Origin: Convolutriloba macropyga
Lineage: Eukaryota
Direction of reading: 5' to 3'
Length of the DNA stretch: 64,000 nucleotides
Assembly (NCBI RefSeq): GCF_964194025.1
Contig: NC_134469.1
Span: 52,886,001-52,950,000, forward strand
This document shows, one piece after another, positions 1 to 14,100 of this stretch. Position 1 is the stretch's first letter. Each line of letters opens with the position of its first letter. The notes under the pieces were generated by a model. It saw nothing but the letters and a program-made list of their open reading frames with translations, was not told the DNA's origin and did not search any database. The position numbers and the translations under genes are program-made.

Positions 1-729
1 ATAGTCCTGTTATAATTGTGCTGATAATGGAAGTCTCGCAACGAGAATTTGGCGGAATTATATATGAATTTACTTATATTCTCACTTGTCGCAAAAACAT
101 TAAATTCTTCGTTCAACTGAAAAACAAAAATAAAAAGTTCGGTTAAATTTTGCGTCATTCCACGACAACATCGTTTCAGCGAATTTTTCCGAATCGATAA
201 AACTTCACGATGATCAGTAATTCTTGATATGATTTTCAGATAAGTAAAAATTTCCTACTTATAGAAACTTCATCGAAGAACGTTAGGTTTAAAGTTATAA
301 CTCAGTTCTATTTTACCTTTCTTCTTTCCAAGTAGGGGACCGCGATGAGAATGCAATTGTTTTCAAGCGCTTCATAGTGCACTAATGAACAGCAGTGCCT
401 AAGTCAGCTGTCGAAGCTTTAAAATTGGTTCGCGTTTCCATGTTGAGTTCATAGCACTTTTCAGTTGTATTCAATATTTGTTGTTTAGTGCATTCAAAAT
501 AATGAACATGTTTAATTCTCCGATTGAATTCGATTGATTTTTTCATTCAGAATGAAAAGGGATTTGATTGGCCAAAATCCCTTTTGTATGCCGAAATGTA
601 CGTATCTCAGCCATTTGAATTTCGCTCACTGAAGTAGTTTCTGTCAGTATTTTAAATTTTGTTTTGAATCTGTATGTGCCAAACAAAATTAAAATTTCAA
701 TGACGAGCTTGTTCAGGAAGTAACGTTCA

Positions 730-875
730 GAAAGTTTTTTTTCAGCCAAGACGTTTTTTCGATCAGTTTTGACGGTTTTTTCGGTCATTTTTGACGTTTT
801 TTTTTCGGCTATTTTTGAAGTTTTTTCGATCATTTTTGACGTTTTTTTCGGTTATTTTTGACGTATTTTTCGGCA
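730..875. repeat. Degenerate ~22-bp T-rich tandem repeat (TTTTTGACGTTTTTTTCGGTCA-like)
   Basis: About 6 imperfect copies are visible; they explain the spurious KTSK-repeat ORF 543..833. Confidence 0.75.
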
Positions 876-881
876 ATTAAA

Positions 882-980
882 ACTTGGATTAAGACTTGGC
901 AAGTCTGGGCCAAGACTTGGATTAAGACTTGGCAAGTCTTGGCCAAGACTTGGATTAAGACTTGGCAAGTCTTGGCCAAG
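882..980. repeat. 33-bp tandem repeat x3 built from quasi-palindromic CCAAGACTTGG subunits
   Basis: ACTTGGATTAAGACTTGGCAAGTCTTGGCCAAG starts at 882, 915 and 948 with one mismatch. Probably the interior of a MITE. Confidence 0.9.
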
Positions 981-1205
981 TCTGACAAGTCTTAAAAGTG
1001 TTATGATCATAGCTCTGAATCAGTACTGATACCTAGACTTAGAATTAGACTTGCCCAGTACTGATATTGACTTGCCGTTCGGTACGGGAATATACTTGAC
1101 AGTACTCGCACTGAAAACCCAGATGTGTAAAATGCTGTTTTTATTACACAATTCATTAAAGTTTTTGCATAATAGGGTTCATCAATTATTCCAAAATTGG
1201 CAGCT

Positions 1206-4200
1206 GAGATTTGTTTTTATAAGTACATTTAATTAGGACACTGAGTCTACGGCTATTTTTGCTCACTTCGCGCTTTAAATCTGATGAGTAGTTTTGGTCT
1301 GACTTTTTTGTTTCAGAACAGACTTTTGTTTTCATTTACAACTCATTTGGTGAGTAGGTGTGGATAATTTGTGGAAACACTTAGAACAAGTTATATGGTT
1401 TTTTGTCTCGCCAATACTTGTAACAAATGAAGGAAAATTTTGTATCTAATGAATATTGATGAATAAATGTTGAGATTTGTTTTTATAGGTACATTTAATT
1501 AGGACACTGAGTCTACGGCTATTTTTGCTCAATTCGCGCTTTAAATCTGATGAGTAGTTTTGTTCTGACTTTTTTGTTTCAGAACAGACTTTTGTTTTCA
1601 TCTACAACTCATTTGGTGAGTAGGTGTGGATAATTTGTGGAAACACTTAGAACAAGTTATATGGTTTTTTGTCTCGCCAATACTTGTAACAAATGCAGGA
1701 AAATTTTGTATCTAATGAATATTGATGAATAAATGTTTGGATTTTGCTCAACTGGAATCGATCGACAATCGATTTTATCAGTCACTTTACGAATAATTTG
1801 AAAATGTATTTAGATTTTCAATTGCGAGTCGCTTATCTAAAATAAAGAACGGATCGTTTGATTGTTTTTTGTTGGTTAAATTTTTAATAGCTTTTGTAGA
1901 TAATTGAATGCACCTTCCCGCAATGCATTTTTAAGGTCAGTGGTTCTGCCTCATAAACAGGATATAATGAGGAATAGTTAGAATTGTAATTCAGAAAAAA
2001 TTTTTAGGCATTGGAGTAATCTGATCAATTTTTGATAAAGTTATGGCTTCATCTTCAACAATATTGACCCTTTTGGCTAATGTTTTGTTGATGTTTTTGG
2101 CTATTGTCTTGTTAATTTTATTGATCTTTTTGGCTGCCGACAAAATTTGGAATACTGAATGTTAAAACCGATTTTCTGACAAAGCTTTCCTTGTGCAGTA
2201 CATGATTTTTTGTGTTTGATATTCCCAAGGTTGGCTTACAATTTTTTGTCGTGGGCTATCAGAGATCAATTTTTCAAATTGACTGGTATTGGCATTGCCA
2301 ATGCGGTCCTCATTAGATACTGAGCACCGCATGAACGGAGTTATAAAAAATAATAAATTTTTTAAAGATTGAGAGATCATATTTTTCCGCAAAATTATGC
2401 AATCCGGTCAGATACAGTTAAAAAATTGGTCTTTTTCGTTTGTCTGGTAAGACGAGCCAAAAACTGACATATTGAAAATTGATTCTAAGAGCCATGATGA
2501 TATCCTTTTTTTTGTTTTCTCAGCATCACATTTCAGATAAACCTTTTTTATAATAACTATGAGAAATTCTAAAATTAGTGCACCAGAAAATAGTGATATT
2601 TTTAAAAATTTCCTAGGAATAATAAATTTGTTTAAATTAGCGAATCATTTCTTCTGTCTTTGTGAATATTTCTCAATGAGTTCCAAAAACCCACACAAAA
2701 CGTTCAAACGTTTATCAAAAAAAAATTTACATTCTTTTTTTTTAATGAAAACGTAAGATCGCTTAACATAACGTAAAATAATTTCAAATATCATAATAAA
2801 TTAACTAAAAGTCCTCAAAAGTCCACCAAATTGCAAGTTGGGACCTGGCAAGATTTCATTTCAGATATTTCTGGAATAACGCTTCGGATTCATGTAGCTA
2901 CTTTGATGTTTTGAATGCAGAATTTTTCGCATTAGTCTTCCAGACATTTCCGAAATCTTTTTCCGGATTTGTCTTAAGTTGGTTGTTGATCAATTTTTTG
3001 TAGAGTTAATTTTGCTCCAAAAAATTACACAATGATTTCACTTACAATTGTACTTCGGGGAATTTTGAGCGGGAAACTCTTTAACGTCAATTTCAGATGA
3101 CATTTGAACGATATTTTTCTTCATTTTTGATCAAATAGCCGTTTTGATCTAAAATTTTTGATCGAAAAATTCCTTTCACACCAAGCATTTCTGTCTCATC
3201 ACTTTTGGTGAACGTCGCATTTAGCGTCGAGCATATCAACTTAACGCCCTCGGGCTCTGACATTTTATTCCAAAAGAAAAGTGGCAGTTGAGATTTGTTT
3301 TTATAAGTACATTTAATTAGGACACTGAGTCTACGGCTATTTTTGCTCACTTCGCGCTTTAAATCTGATGAGTAGTTTTGTTCTGACTTTTTTGTTTCAG
3401 AACAAACTTTTGTTTTCATCTACAACTCATTTGGTGAGTAGGTGTGGATAATTTGTGGAAACAATTAGAACAAGTTATATGGTTTTTTGTCTCGCCAATA
3501 CTTGTAACAAATGCAGGTAAATTTTGTATCTAATGAATATTGATGAATAAATGTTTGGATTTTGCTCTACTGAAATTGGTCGACAATCGATTTTATCAGT
3601 CACTTTACGAATAATTTGAAAATGTATTTAGATTTTCAATTGCGAGTCGCTTATCTAAAATAAAGAACGGATCGTTTGATTGTTTTTTGTTGGTTAAATT
3701 TTTAGTAGCTTTTGTAGATAATTGAATGCACCTTCCCGCAATGCATTTTTAAGGTCAGTGGTTCTGCCTCATAAACAGAATATAATGAGGAGTAGTTAGA
3801 ATTGTAATTCAGAATAAATTTTTAGGCATTGGAGTGATCTGATCAATTTTTGATAAAGTTATGGCTTCATCTTCAACAATATTGAACCTTTTGGCTAATG
3901 TTTTGTTGATGTTTTTGGCTATTGTCTTGTTAAATTTATTGATCTTTTTGGCTGCCGTTAAAATTTGGAATACTGAATGTTAAAACCGATTTTCTGACAA
4001 AGCTTTCCTTGTGCAGTACATGATTTTTTGTGTTTGATATTCCCAAGGTTGGCTTACAATTTTTTGTCGTGGGCTATCAGAGATCAATTTTTCAAATTGA
4101 CTGGTATTGGCATTGCCAATGCGGTCCTCATTAGATACTGAGAACCGCATGAATGGACTTATAAAAAATAATAAATCTATTAAAGATTGAGAGATAATAA

Positions 4201-5067
4201 TTTTCCGCAAAATTATGCAATCCGGTCAGATACAGTTAAAAAATTGGTCTTTTTCGTTTGTCTGGTAAGACGAGCCAAAAACTGACATATTGAAAATTGA
4301 TTCTAAGAGCCATGATGATATCCTTTTTTTTGTTTTCTCAGCATCACATTTCAGATAAACCTTTTTTATAATAACTATGAGAAATTCTAAAATTAGTGCA
4401 CCAGAAAATAGTGATATTTTTAAAAATTTCCTAGGAATAATAAATTTGTTTAAATTAGCGAATCATTTCTTCTGTCTTTGTGAATATTTCTCAATGAGTT
4501 CCAAAAACCCACACAAAACGTTCAAACGTTTATCAAAAAAAAATTTACATTCTTTTTTTTTAATGAAAACGTAAGATCGCTTAACATAACGTAAAATAAT
4601 TTCAAGTATCATAATAAATTAACTAAAAGTCCTCAAAAGTCCACCAAATTGCAGGTTGGGACCTGCCAAGATCTCATTTCACATATTTTTAGAATAACGC
4701 TTCGGATTCATGTAGCTACTTTGATGTTTTGAATGCAGAATTTTTCGCATTAGTCTTCCAGACATTTCCGAAATCTTTTTCCGGATTTGTCTTAAGTTGG
4801 TTGTTGATCAATTTTTTGTAGAGTTAATATTGCACTTACAATTGTACTTCGGGGAATTTTGAGCGGGAAACTCTTTAACGTCAATTTCAGATGACATTTG
4901 AACGATATTTTTCTTCATTTTTGATCAAATAGCCGTTTTGATCTAAAATTTTTGATCGAAAAATTCCTTTCACACCAAGCATTTCTGTCTCATCACTTTT
5001 AGTGAACCTCGCATTTAGCGTCGAGCATATCAACTTAACGCCCTCGGGCTCTGACATTTTATTCCAG
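1206..5067. repeat. Recent tandem segmental duplication: 266-bp partial copy plus two ~1.8-kb copies
   Basis: TGAGATTTGTTTTTATA(A/G)GTACATTTAATTAGGACACTG recurs at ~1206, ~1472 and ~3290. Paired ORFs are offset by 1818 bp (2162/3980, 2559/4377), then by 1794 bp (3093/4887) after a 24-bp indel. Confidence 0.95.
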
Positions 5068-7104
5068 TTATTCAGAAAAAAGGCAAATCGACCAGACAAA
5101 GAACTATCAAGCAAAAATAAATGGAAGAACAGACCAACAAGAACTAGATTATTTCCACAATATTTGAAAGCAATTTTTCAGAAAATCAGTTTCTTGTCTC
5201 CCCTTTTTTATCTTTTGTCTTTGAACAACGGGCATCATTTTCGTGACTTTGTCCAGCAATTTGTCGACTATATTTATTGTGCTCCGCATACAGCATCCGT
5301 TCAATTTAACGCTTCTTTCTATAATTAGACCATCATTTTCTGGTGAAAAATTATGTCACCTAATACGTCATGGTTTTATAGTCTGCGGCGTTTTGGCCCT
5401 GAAAATCTAAAGTTGCCTAGCACTGCGAACTGTATGAAAACATCCTGGTGCCGTACAACCAAGGCACAGACAGCAATAAAAACTTGTCTTTCTGACTAAT
5501 AGTGATTAAAATTAACTAAAAATTGATAAGCAAAACTTACGTTTTCTCAATCCTCAAAATCATCATAGAAGTGAAAAACAAGAAAAGTACGCTAGTCGAT
5601 TTTCCTTGTTACTAAAATTCCAAATCTCATCTTGAAAGCATGAAAAATTGAAAATATTATTTGATTAAAAACATAACACAGTCATTGAAGACAATAAGAC
5701 AAAATTTAAATTACTTTACCTGAAACTCAAATGAAAAATAAGAGAAAAAACAACATTTGGTCCCAACTAAATTTTAAAAACCATTTGATCAATATCGAGA
5801 GATTGCTTTTTCGCTGCTGCCTACGCACCGAACAGGTTCTGAGTCAGCTTTATTTATAATAAATTTGACAAATTTGACAATAAACGAAGCAGCGGTCACA
5901 AAAACTTTGTTTGTTAATGCATAACTTCGTGTTGATCTTTCTGGCCAGATACCATCCAATTTTTTCGAGCAACAGCTTTTAACACTCTTCGGAGCAATTA
6001 TTCACCTTTGTGATATAAAACTTTGAACGATTTAACCAAAAGAAATTATCTGCGCGAACTCACAATTTGCTCTTCATTGGTCAATTTTATGTTTGAAAAG
6101 AGGTTAAACAACATGCTTCAGAAGAAAAGCAGTCAACAAAGTGCAAAGAACTTAAATGTATTCAGTTCATTAAGTTTGCGTTTTATGTTATAAGGCCAAG
6201 GTAAGTCCAAACTTTTCTGAAAAACTACAAAAAATGAAAGTTTTCATGACCAAATTTTAATCAGTCATTTTTTTCTTATTGTTTTCGGCTGAGATAGTCA
6301 TGGCTATAACCAACTGCTAACCTGTGAGCTGGTAAACAACTGGCTATGGGAAATACAATAAATATGAATTAAAATATCCAATGCTTTGTTCAAAAAAATC
6401 CAGGCATCTTTGTTACCCACCGGAGGGAATTGTTGATTTCTCCTTTCTAAAATTGAAATTTAAAATTAATTTTAAGAAAATTGGGAAAAGTACGAAAAAT
6501 TGAAAAAGGTAATATCTAAGGGGAAAAATTCTATAGTTATAAAGACAAGATAAAAAATACTCACAATTTGATAGGTACTTCTGTCAATTTGCGTCTATTC
6601 TTCTAATCTACGCCTCTATAGAAACAAATTTTGACTGGGTGCTCGGATTTCTACTTTTGCTAATGTTAAAGATTTTTAGATTTGACGTAAAATAGTGAAA
6701 AAATTAAAAACTAAAAATTGGAATCAATTGGTGCTCCTAAATCTTTAATTAATGGCTGGCTTGGTTCGCTATCTCCCACTTTAAAAAATTGAATGTTACT
6801 AATTTATGAGGAGGAGGGGTTAAGTATTTACCAAATTTATAATTGCTTTGAATAAAAAAATAATTAAAAATGTTTTTCAAGTTGGAGAGAAAATTTTGGA
6901 CATCTGAGACCTCGGTTTTGAGATATTTGGAAGTAACCGACTCGTATGCGATTTGCTGGGGAAAAATGTTAACTCGGGTGACTCTCACAAATTATAGTTT
7001 GTTTATTATCCGCTGTCGCTTCGCGGCCATTACAAAATTACAAACTCAATTAATGAGAGTTTGAACCAAGATCGAACCAATGTAAAAAAAAATAAGCAGG
7101 AGTG

Positions 7105-7648
7105 CACACTAAAAAAAGTTCAGGTAAATTTACCTGAACCAAGTTCAGGTAACTAGAAGTTCAGGTGAAGTTAAGGTGTAAAAGCACCTGAAATACACCT
7201 GAACTGTATTTCAGGTAAAATTTTACCCGAACAAGTTCAGGCGTGGTTACCTGAAAACACCTTTTTTGTATTCAGCAGTGAGACAGCAAAAATTTAGCAG
7301 TAAATTAAAAAAAAATACAAATACAAACTTTAGGAGAAACATCAACACATTTATTATAGGCAGTGTCCAGCTTTTTTTAAATTTTGCAAAGTTACGGATA
7401 ATTTTGTCATCAAATTTTCCCACTCTTCAGCTCTACTGATGTTTCTAGTTTGATTAAGCATTTTTGGAATCATTAGGGGTTTCTGAAATGAACAACAATA
7501 GCGAAGTTTTAAAGAAATGGTTTAAAGAAACTTTCAGGTATTTTTCAGGTGTGTTCAGGTATGGTTCAGGTGAGACAAATCTACCTGAACTGTTCAGGTA
7601 AGTTCAGGTGTTTTTTCAGGTAAATTTACCTGAACTTTTTTTGGTGTG
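7105..7648. mobile_element. Non-autonomous CACTA/EnSpm (CMC)-like DNA transposon
   Basis: 34-bp TIRs CACAC(T/C)AAAAAAAGTTCAGGTAAATTTACCTGAA at 7105-7138 and 7615-7648 with one mismatch; 2-bp TG TSD; many subterminal TTCAGGT/ACCTGAA repeats. Confidence 0.85.
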
Positions 7649-8600
7649 TGGATAAACTTGTTGACTTTCTGCTCAATTAGTTTTAATTATCCGGTCGATA
7701 TTTTTGATGGAGAAAGATATGAGTGGTTTCATTAGAAAGCCCAATAAGCGTACAATGTTAGGCAGATTGAAATCTCGAACTTCGTCTTTTTCGAGAAGTT
7801 ATCAACCTTTAAAATTGCAGTGAACATTAATTGGTATGTATTATTTATTGTTTACAATTTTTTCTAATTATTTATTGTTTACAATGTTTTACGTTATCAT
7901 CGTCGGTTTTTTCAAAATGTTTATCAAACTGTTCTAATATTAATTACCAGTAAGGAGCACAAGATAATGTTAATACAAAATTGTTGACCTTGAAAATTCG
8001 TAGATTAAAAAAATAATATCTAACTTTCTTTTTAGGCAAAAAATGCAATTTAGGCTGCGACATAGGGATTTTTTTCCCAATGTCCCTATGCAACTCAAAG
8101 AAATTGAGTGCATTCGTGCTGTTTTTATGACTTCTGCATTTTTCCCATCTTTTAAAATCACTTTCGAGGTAGTTATGTGATTTTGAGGCAGTATTAGCAG
8201 TAAATACGCAAGTGAAAGTTTGAGGCTTCCTTTTCAAAAGATATGAAAGTTGAGTCTAATGCATATATTTGACATCTGCTTTTAATGTTTCCTTCGACAT
8301 TGTGAAGGCCTAATTACATTTTTTGTTAAGATTTGAGTTTTGCATGGTTTTTCTCAATGGGTGGAAAACAGTGCGGGTGACAAAATGATCAAAAGTGTTT
8401 TCTATTATTGACGTCAAAATTATGAAAGCCTACCTCCTCATCAGTTCCAGAGAAATATGTACTCAGAGAGTATTGAGTTCAAAAATATTCGCAAGAGCTT
8501 AACTCCCTCGACATTATTCAGCTTATCTCGTTATACTAAAGACAGGAACTCAACAAACACTGACTGACAAACGCGTAAACGAAGGGCAACCAGCTACAAA

Positions 8601-10758
8601 TTTTTTTCCGACCCACTTTAGTGGGGGAAGAACTATATACTCAAATGGGTTTCTTTTTTGTTCAGATAATTTCTGCCAATCGATATACTCGTAGAGGGCT
8701 GTGAGTGGTATCATTAGAAAGCCTGTCCAGCGTAAAATACGCAACTAAAATGATTTTTTGCCAGTTGTTTGCTAATTGAACCCATATTAACTCTTTTGGC
8801 AAATAATCCATATGCATAATATTCGGAACAAAAAAGTGTTCCCAAAAGACGAACGGTAATAGCAAGGCTAGTTTTGGTGTAATCGAAAAGCAGTCTCGCG
8901 CTAACCTATTTCCCTTTTTAATCGAAAGCTTATGGTCGTTTTGACTTTTAAAAATTCATTTTTTAAATTAAACAATGTATTATTGAGCTTTGGGAGTTTC
9001 TTCTCTTTTTTCTTCTATGGTATTTCAAATTGAATAAAATGAAATAACTCTTGCGGTTTTACGTTTTAAGTAATGGATTTTCTGCTTTGATACTACTAGT
9101 TTTCGTACAAAAAATTCTGATTTTTGGACATTTTCCCATCTTTGATTTTTTTGCTCTTGTTAAATTATTGACAGGTCAGATGACGTATTATTGGCATTTA
9201 AAAAGATGGAAAATAAGAATAGATCAATTTTTCAGTGAATAGATTATGGTTTTAACATGTTCGGCACTGTCTTCTAGAATTAAATAATTATTGCTATTTA
9301 GTCGTTTGACAAATTCTGGATAATTGCAAGTATTAACGTCTGCCTGTGGTAGCACAAAGGAACCTATGTACCGATTTCGGTTCATAGCTAAAGCATTTCA
9401 TGACTTTGAAATCAAAAATTTTAAAAAGCATGTAAACGTACTTTTTAAATTTCCTTATTGCTGTTTTTTTTGTCTACTTGTTACCTACTTTCTTTGAAAA
9501 CAGGTTGCATGTCAAATTGTTGGTGTAAAAAAGCACAGTTGAAAATATTGAATATTTTTGGTGCATCGCTTATTGTTTTAACGGCCTCGATACCGGTTTT
9601 TCAAAGAAGAATAAATTTTTTTCAGATTTTCTTTTTCGTTTGTCGTTCTTTTTGGAAGTCGAATAAGAAACACTGTATAAAAGCAGCTATTAGTGGCTTG
9701 CTAAGGAAATACTTATTTAAATTTGCCTTTTTTGTTTTCTTGTTGCCTAGTCTCATTAACTATAAGTCACATATCAATTTATCGGTTTTGAAGAAAGGCA
9801 CAATTGAAGATATCTAAGTTTTTAATGCTCTGTTTTTGCTCCTTCATTACCTGTTTTTTTTGCAATTTGTTTATCATTCTGCTTATCGTTTTTTTGCAGA
9901 AGTATGACGAATTCTGGTAAATGGCAGATCTTAACGGTTTCGCTTTGAGAAAAAGACATTAAGTGATCTCAAATGCTATCTAAAGTTTTGATGTGCTTGA
10001 AACTGATTGTTTTTTTAAATGTAGCTTTTCGCTTTTCCGTTTTAATCTCTTATTAAAAATTTTAATTAGTCTCATTATTCAGCGTTAACAGATCTCATTT
10101 TTGGTTTTAAAAGAACGCAAAGTTAGTTATATCTTACTTTTTATGGATTAGCTTATAGTTTAAACGGCTTCGACGCCGTTTCTTGCAAAATTTAGAGGAA
10201 TGTTTGTTTTTCATCTAAATTTGTCGCAATTTCTTTTTATAAGGGTAAGAATTAAAAAAAACACTTAAAGATTTCAATTGAGATCTAATGTTTTTCATTG
10301 AAATTATTTGTTTTCGAGAAAACAAACGTATTTTTTTTAACTTTGTCATTTCTGTTCTCTTTTGTCTGCTTGTTACCGAGCCTCAACCAGGACTGGTCCC
10401 ATGTTTTTCTAGTGAAACAAAAAACTAGTTTCTAGAAATTAGGTTTTATTTGAAACTATTTTGACTTTGTTACTATTTAGTTTTTCTCGAAAAAAATAGA
10501 CATTGAGATTTGGATGTAAATATTTGTTGTTATTTAATTTTTAGTTGCCTTGTCTCGTAGCCTTAACAATGGCAAGTCTCATCTGCCCACTAGTGTGGCT
10601 TTATTTAGTTCACTAAGCAATTTGAGTTCGACGATATTTTTTTGAGAATTTTTGTAAGTTTTCTATCTCTTCCTCATTTGGTAGACAATTAAGCCAAATT
10701 TGTGGATAAGCCGAGTTGGAATCTTATGTGCAAACGCACATTACTGAGCCTCCTTGTT
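8601..10758 (+). mobile_element. Helentron-associated non-autonomous element (HINE/DINE-1-like), copy A
   Basis: 5' TTCCGACCCAC...GAACTATATACTCA head shared with the other copies; 3' degenerate subTIR, ATGTGC-AAAC-GCACAT hairpin and GCCTCCTTGTT end. Confidence 0.7.
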
Positions 10759-11009
10759 TGAACTTAATTTCAAATTTGAAAAATGGATGGTAGTTTAAAG
10801 GTTTTTTCTATTAATTATTTTGACGCATTAATAAAAAATTGTATGTGATTTAAAAATTACGTTGGGTTTTTATCGTGAAATGTTCTAATGGTAAACATTT
10901 GCATCGATATTAAAACAATTTCGTACAAGCACAATTTTACAATTTTCGAGTTTTGTCCGCGGATTCGGGTAAATATTGACATGCCTTCTATTGTTTAGTA
11001 TTCAAAATT

Positions 11010-11168
11010 CTGATTTCTTCCGTTTGTGCCCCCAGTACGTTATGATCCCCAGTTACACAGCACGTGTCATTACATGTTAAACCACCCTGTAAAAGTATGA
11101 CATGTGCCTCTTGGGGGGCGCAAATAATATGCAACCACTAAGCTGGGGGCACAAACGGAAAAGATCCC
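11010..11168. mobile_element. MITE (~160 bp)
   Basis: 24-bp TIR GAT(T/C)T(C/T)TTCCGTTTGTGCCCCCAG at 11012-11035 and 11143-11166 (22/24). Shares internal ACCACTAAGCT with the MITE at 27735. Confidence 0.8.
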
Positions 11169-14100
11169 AATTTTCTAAGAAAGTTTGTGTAGCTAACGCT
11201 TTCAGTTAATTTCAAAACACTTGTAAAAAAATATCAGAACTTTTGGCATTTGTTCAGTCAAATAATAATTGACAAAATACACAATCGAAAAAAAAATGAA
11301 ATATAGTTTAATTTTCTTGTCAGAAGTCCTTTTGATCCTTACGGCTGGATGATCATAATTTTAAATCGAGAAATTATACTCTCAACTATTTTGGTGAAAA
11401 CTATACTTGAAGCGAATTGAATCACAGAGAAGTGCACAGCGTTCTAATATTTCTGGACCTGCAGCTTAACACGTGATCGCCGTTGATGATACACAAAGGT
11501 GGAAAAAATGAGCATGAAAAAACGCATAAAAATTAAGATGTAAAAACAATAAATGTAAAAAAAAATTAAGATGTAAAAAAATTGAATTTCTTAAGTTGCC
11601 TGCATTTTTTCACCTCAGTGCTTTGTCTCGTTAACCAAATGTAGAAGCTGTCTTGGAGATTTTTCGATCTTCGTGGTTTGAGTACTCTAGAAAATAACGA
11701 GTTAATTTTTCAGAAGTTTCCTCCTATTTTTCTAACGGTTCTTTGCCGCATAGTTGAATTCAGAAAAATTACCTATATTTTTGCGTTACTTTGTCCTTCA
11801 GTTGTGTAAACACCTTTATTCTGACGATGGAAAACTTAAAGGACAATCCGTTATGCGCGGTCCCACAATGCTCCCACGGTTCAAGGTATATACTCCGAAA
11901 AAGTTCATAATTTAATAAAAATTAAAACTTACCTTCGCCCTCAATATTAAACTCAGCTATGTCTCTAAAAACGATCTACATTTTTATGATTCTTTACGAG
12001 TTGCTTAATTAATCGCATTAAAAACTTTTGTAGATGAATTTTGGTGTTCTATTCTCTGGATTATTTTAGGGTTTAATCATACAGCAAATAACATGATGGC
12101 TCGTCCATTTAAAAAGTCAAATTGAAATTTTTTGTTTGCTGTTGTTTATACTGCGACCAGTATCCGAATTAGCGAAAAACTTTGTATCCAAATTTTGTTT
12201 AAATTTTTACGTTTCAAAAGAATCGATGGGTAGGTCATTGAAGGTCTGGAGCCAATTTCTTCCAAAAATAGCTGATTTGTTTTCGAATCTTTATTAACTT
12301 TATACTTTGCTCCGGCATTTTTCTTCTTGGTATAGGGTTTAAGTTTGCTAATGGTGTAGTTTTACGTGGTAAAGCATCGGATTACACGTCTTCGTGTTCA
12401 TGGCATTGACAATTGACAACATTAGCTATTTGAAAGTTGTGTGTAATTATTTTCCATTTTTGCTGCTGTTAAGAGGTTGTAATTATTTCTTCAATTAAAT
12501 TTTTTTAGGAACATGACAGTGAGAAGTTTCTATAAACTTCTCTGGAATGTAATTCAGGACTGTCCCTGTCGTTTTCTAAACTTTTAAATTTCTATTTATA
12601 ACTTAAACTTAGCGTTTTGAAGGAAATTAAAAAGGGGAAACTTATTTTCGGCGATCCTCATCGTTATTTTTTTTCAGTTTGATACCCAAAAATTCTTCAG
12701 AACGCAATTTCTGAAAACGTTTGTTTGGTTTAAAAAAATGTAATATAAAAACTTGATACCCCATTAATATTTTTTCAATCTGATACCCCAAATTCTTTTA
12801 GAGCACCTTTTATCAAAATGTTTCACTGGTTATAGGAGGAGCTATTAAAAAGTTTTGAGAGAACTTACTAAAGACGTTTTCCTGAAGCGAAGTATGTCCA
12901 TTTGAAAAGCCTATAAATTCGCAATATTCATGCTCTGAAGCATTTTTTGGTTTCAAACTCTTGCACATCAGAAGAGTCGGTATAAAATGTGCAAACGTAC
13001 ATAACCAAGCCTCCTTTTTCAAATTTCAAATCTGATTATTTTTTAGCAACTTTTAGCTTTAAAAATGCAAAACAATTAATAATAATAATAAATTGTTTCC
13101 AGTTAAGTTAGCATTGCTGTACAAAACAAGGCCGCACAGAACCGCCACTTACTTGATAGGTCATCAAAAGGTTCGATGGTCCTCGTCAAGTGATGCCAGT
13201 AGCAGTACAAAGAAACTTAAAATAGCAGTCAGATGCCAAAGATGCAAGGGATTAGAAAAGGTAACCCTAATATATTTACAAAACCATTTGTTCGTTATTG
13301 ATAATGTAATTGTCTCAAAAAGTATACTGATAACGTCTTAAATCATTTTTTTACTCCGGATTTGTGCTTCTGAAATGAAATCGGGGTTAAACTTCAAGAT
13401 AAATTTCAACAATTTCCTTATTTTTACAACTAGTCGGTTAGGGCTAAGTAAAGGAACCGCGTTTGTATTTTCAACTGACGGTAAGATATTCTTTTTGACA
13501 TGACTGAATCAATTTCATTCCTTTTAATCAGAAAATTTAGACTGTTTATTTCCCATTGCGATCTAAGTATGTCTGTTATTTTTTTAAACAATTCAAAAAA
13601 GAGCAAATCTTTGATCGAAGGATTTTATACTTTTCTAGAATTTGCAGCTTGATTATTTTTTAATGATTCCATAGACTAAAACGCCAAAGTCTAGTATTGG
13701 CTGTACGTAATTTTTATAGGTTACAAGAAGTTGTGCAGTTGTTAAAATAGATCAACTTATAAAACAAATCAGAAAATTGGGATAGTTTCAAATATTATCC
13801 AAGGATATGCCGCTTAAAATTAAATTTTTCGTCAATATGTACTCCTAATTACTTTAGAGACGCTTTCTGACTGATCCGACCATTCTGAAACATTATCTCT
13901 GGTTGATAACATTTTCTGTTTGCTTTTACATTCAAAAGATGCGTGTTTTTTTCTAAATTGAGGGTCAGTTTATTCCGCAGAAAAAAAGTCGGCAACAGAT
14001 TCATTTAACTTTTCTTTACTTGAATACGCATTTTGCTTCAAAACAGCGTCATCAGCGAACAAATTTGCAATTGAGTAACCGCAGAGTTAAAAATATTGAA

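Noticed and set aside
882-980. CRISPR-like 33-bp palindromic repeats
   Set aside because: Copies are contiguous with no spacers, there are no cas genes, and the context is eukaryotic.
2162-5328. Repeated ORFs in the 1.8-kb duplication
   Set aside because: Short, no recognisable domain; their recurrence is explained by the duplication.
5200-5730. Possible small minus-strand exons with a Cys-rich FYCCLCLGC (RING-like) peptide
   Set aside because: No consistent frame or full RING spacing, and stops follow quickly.
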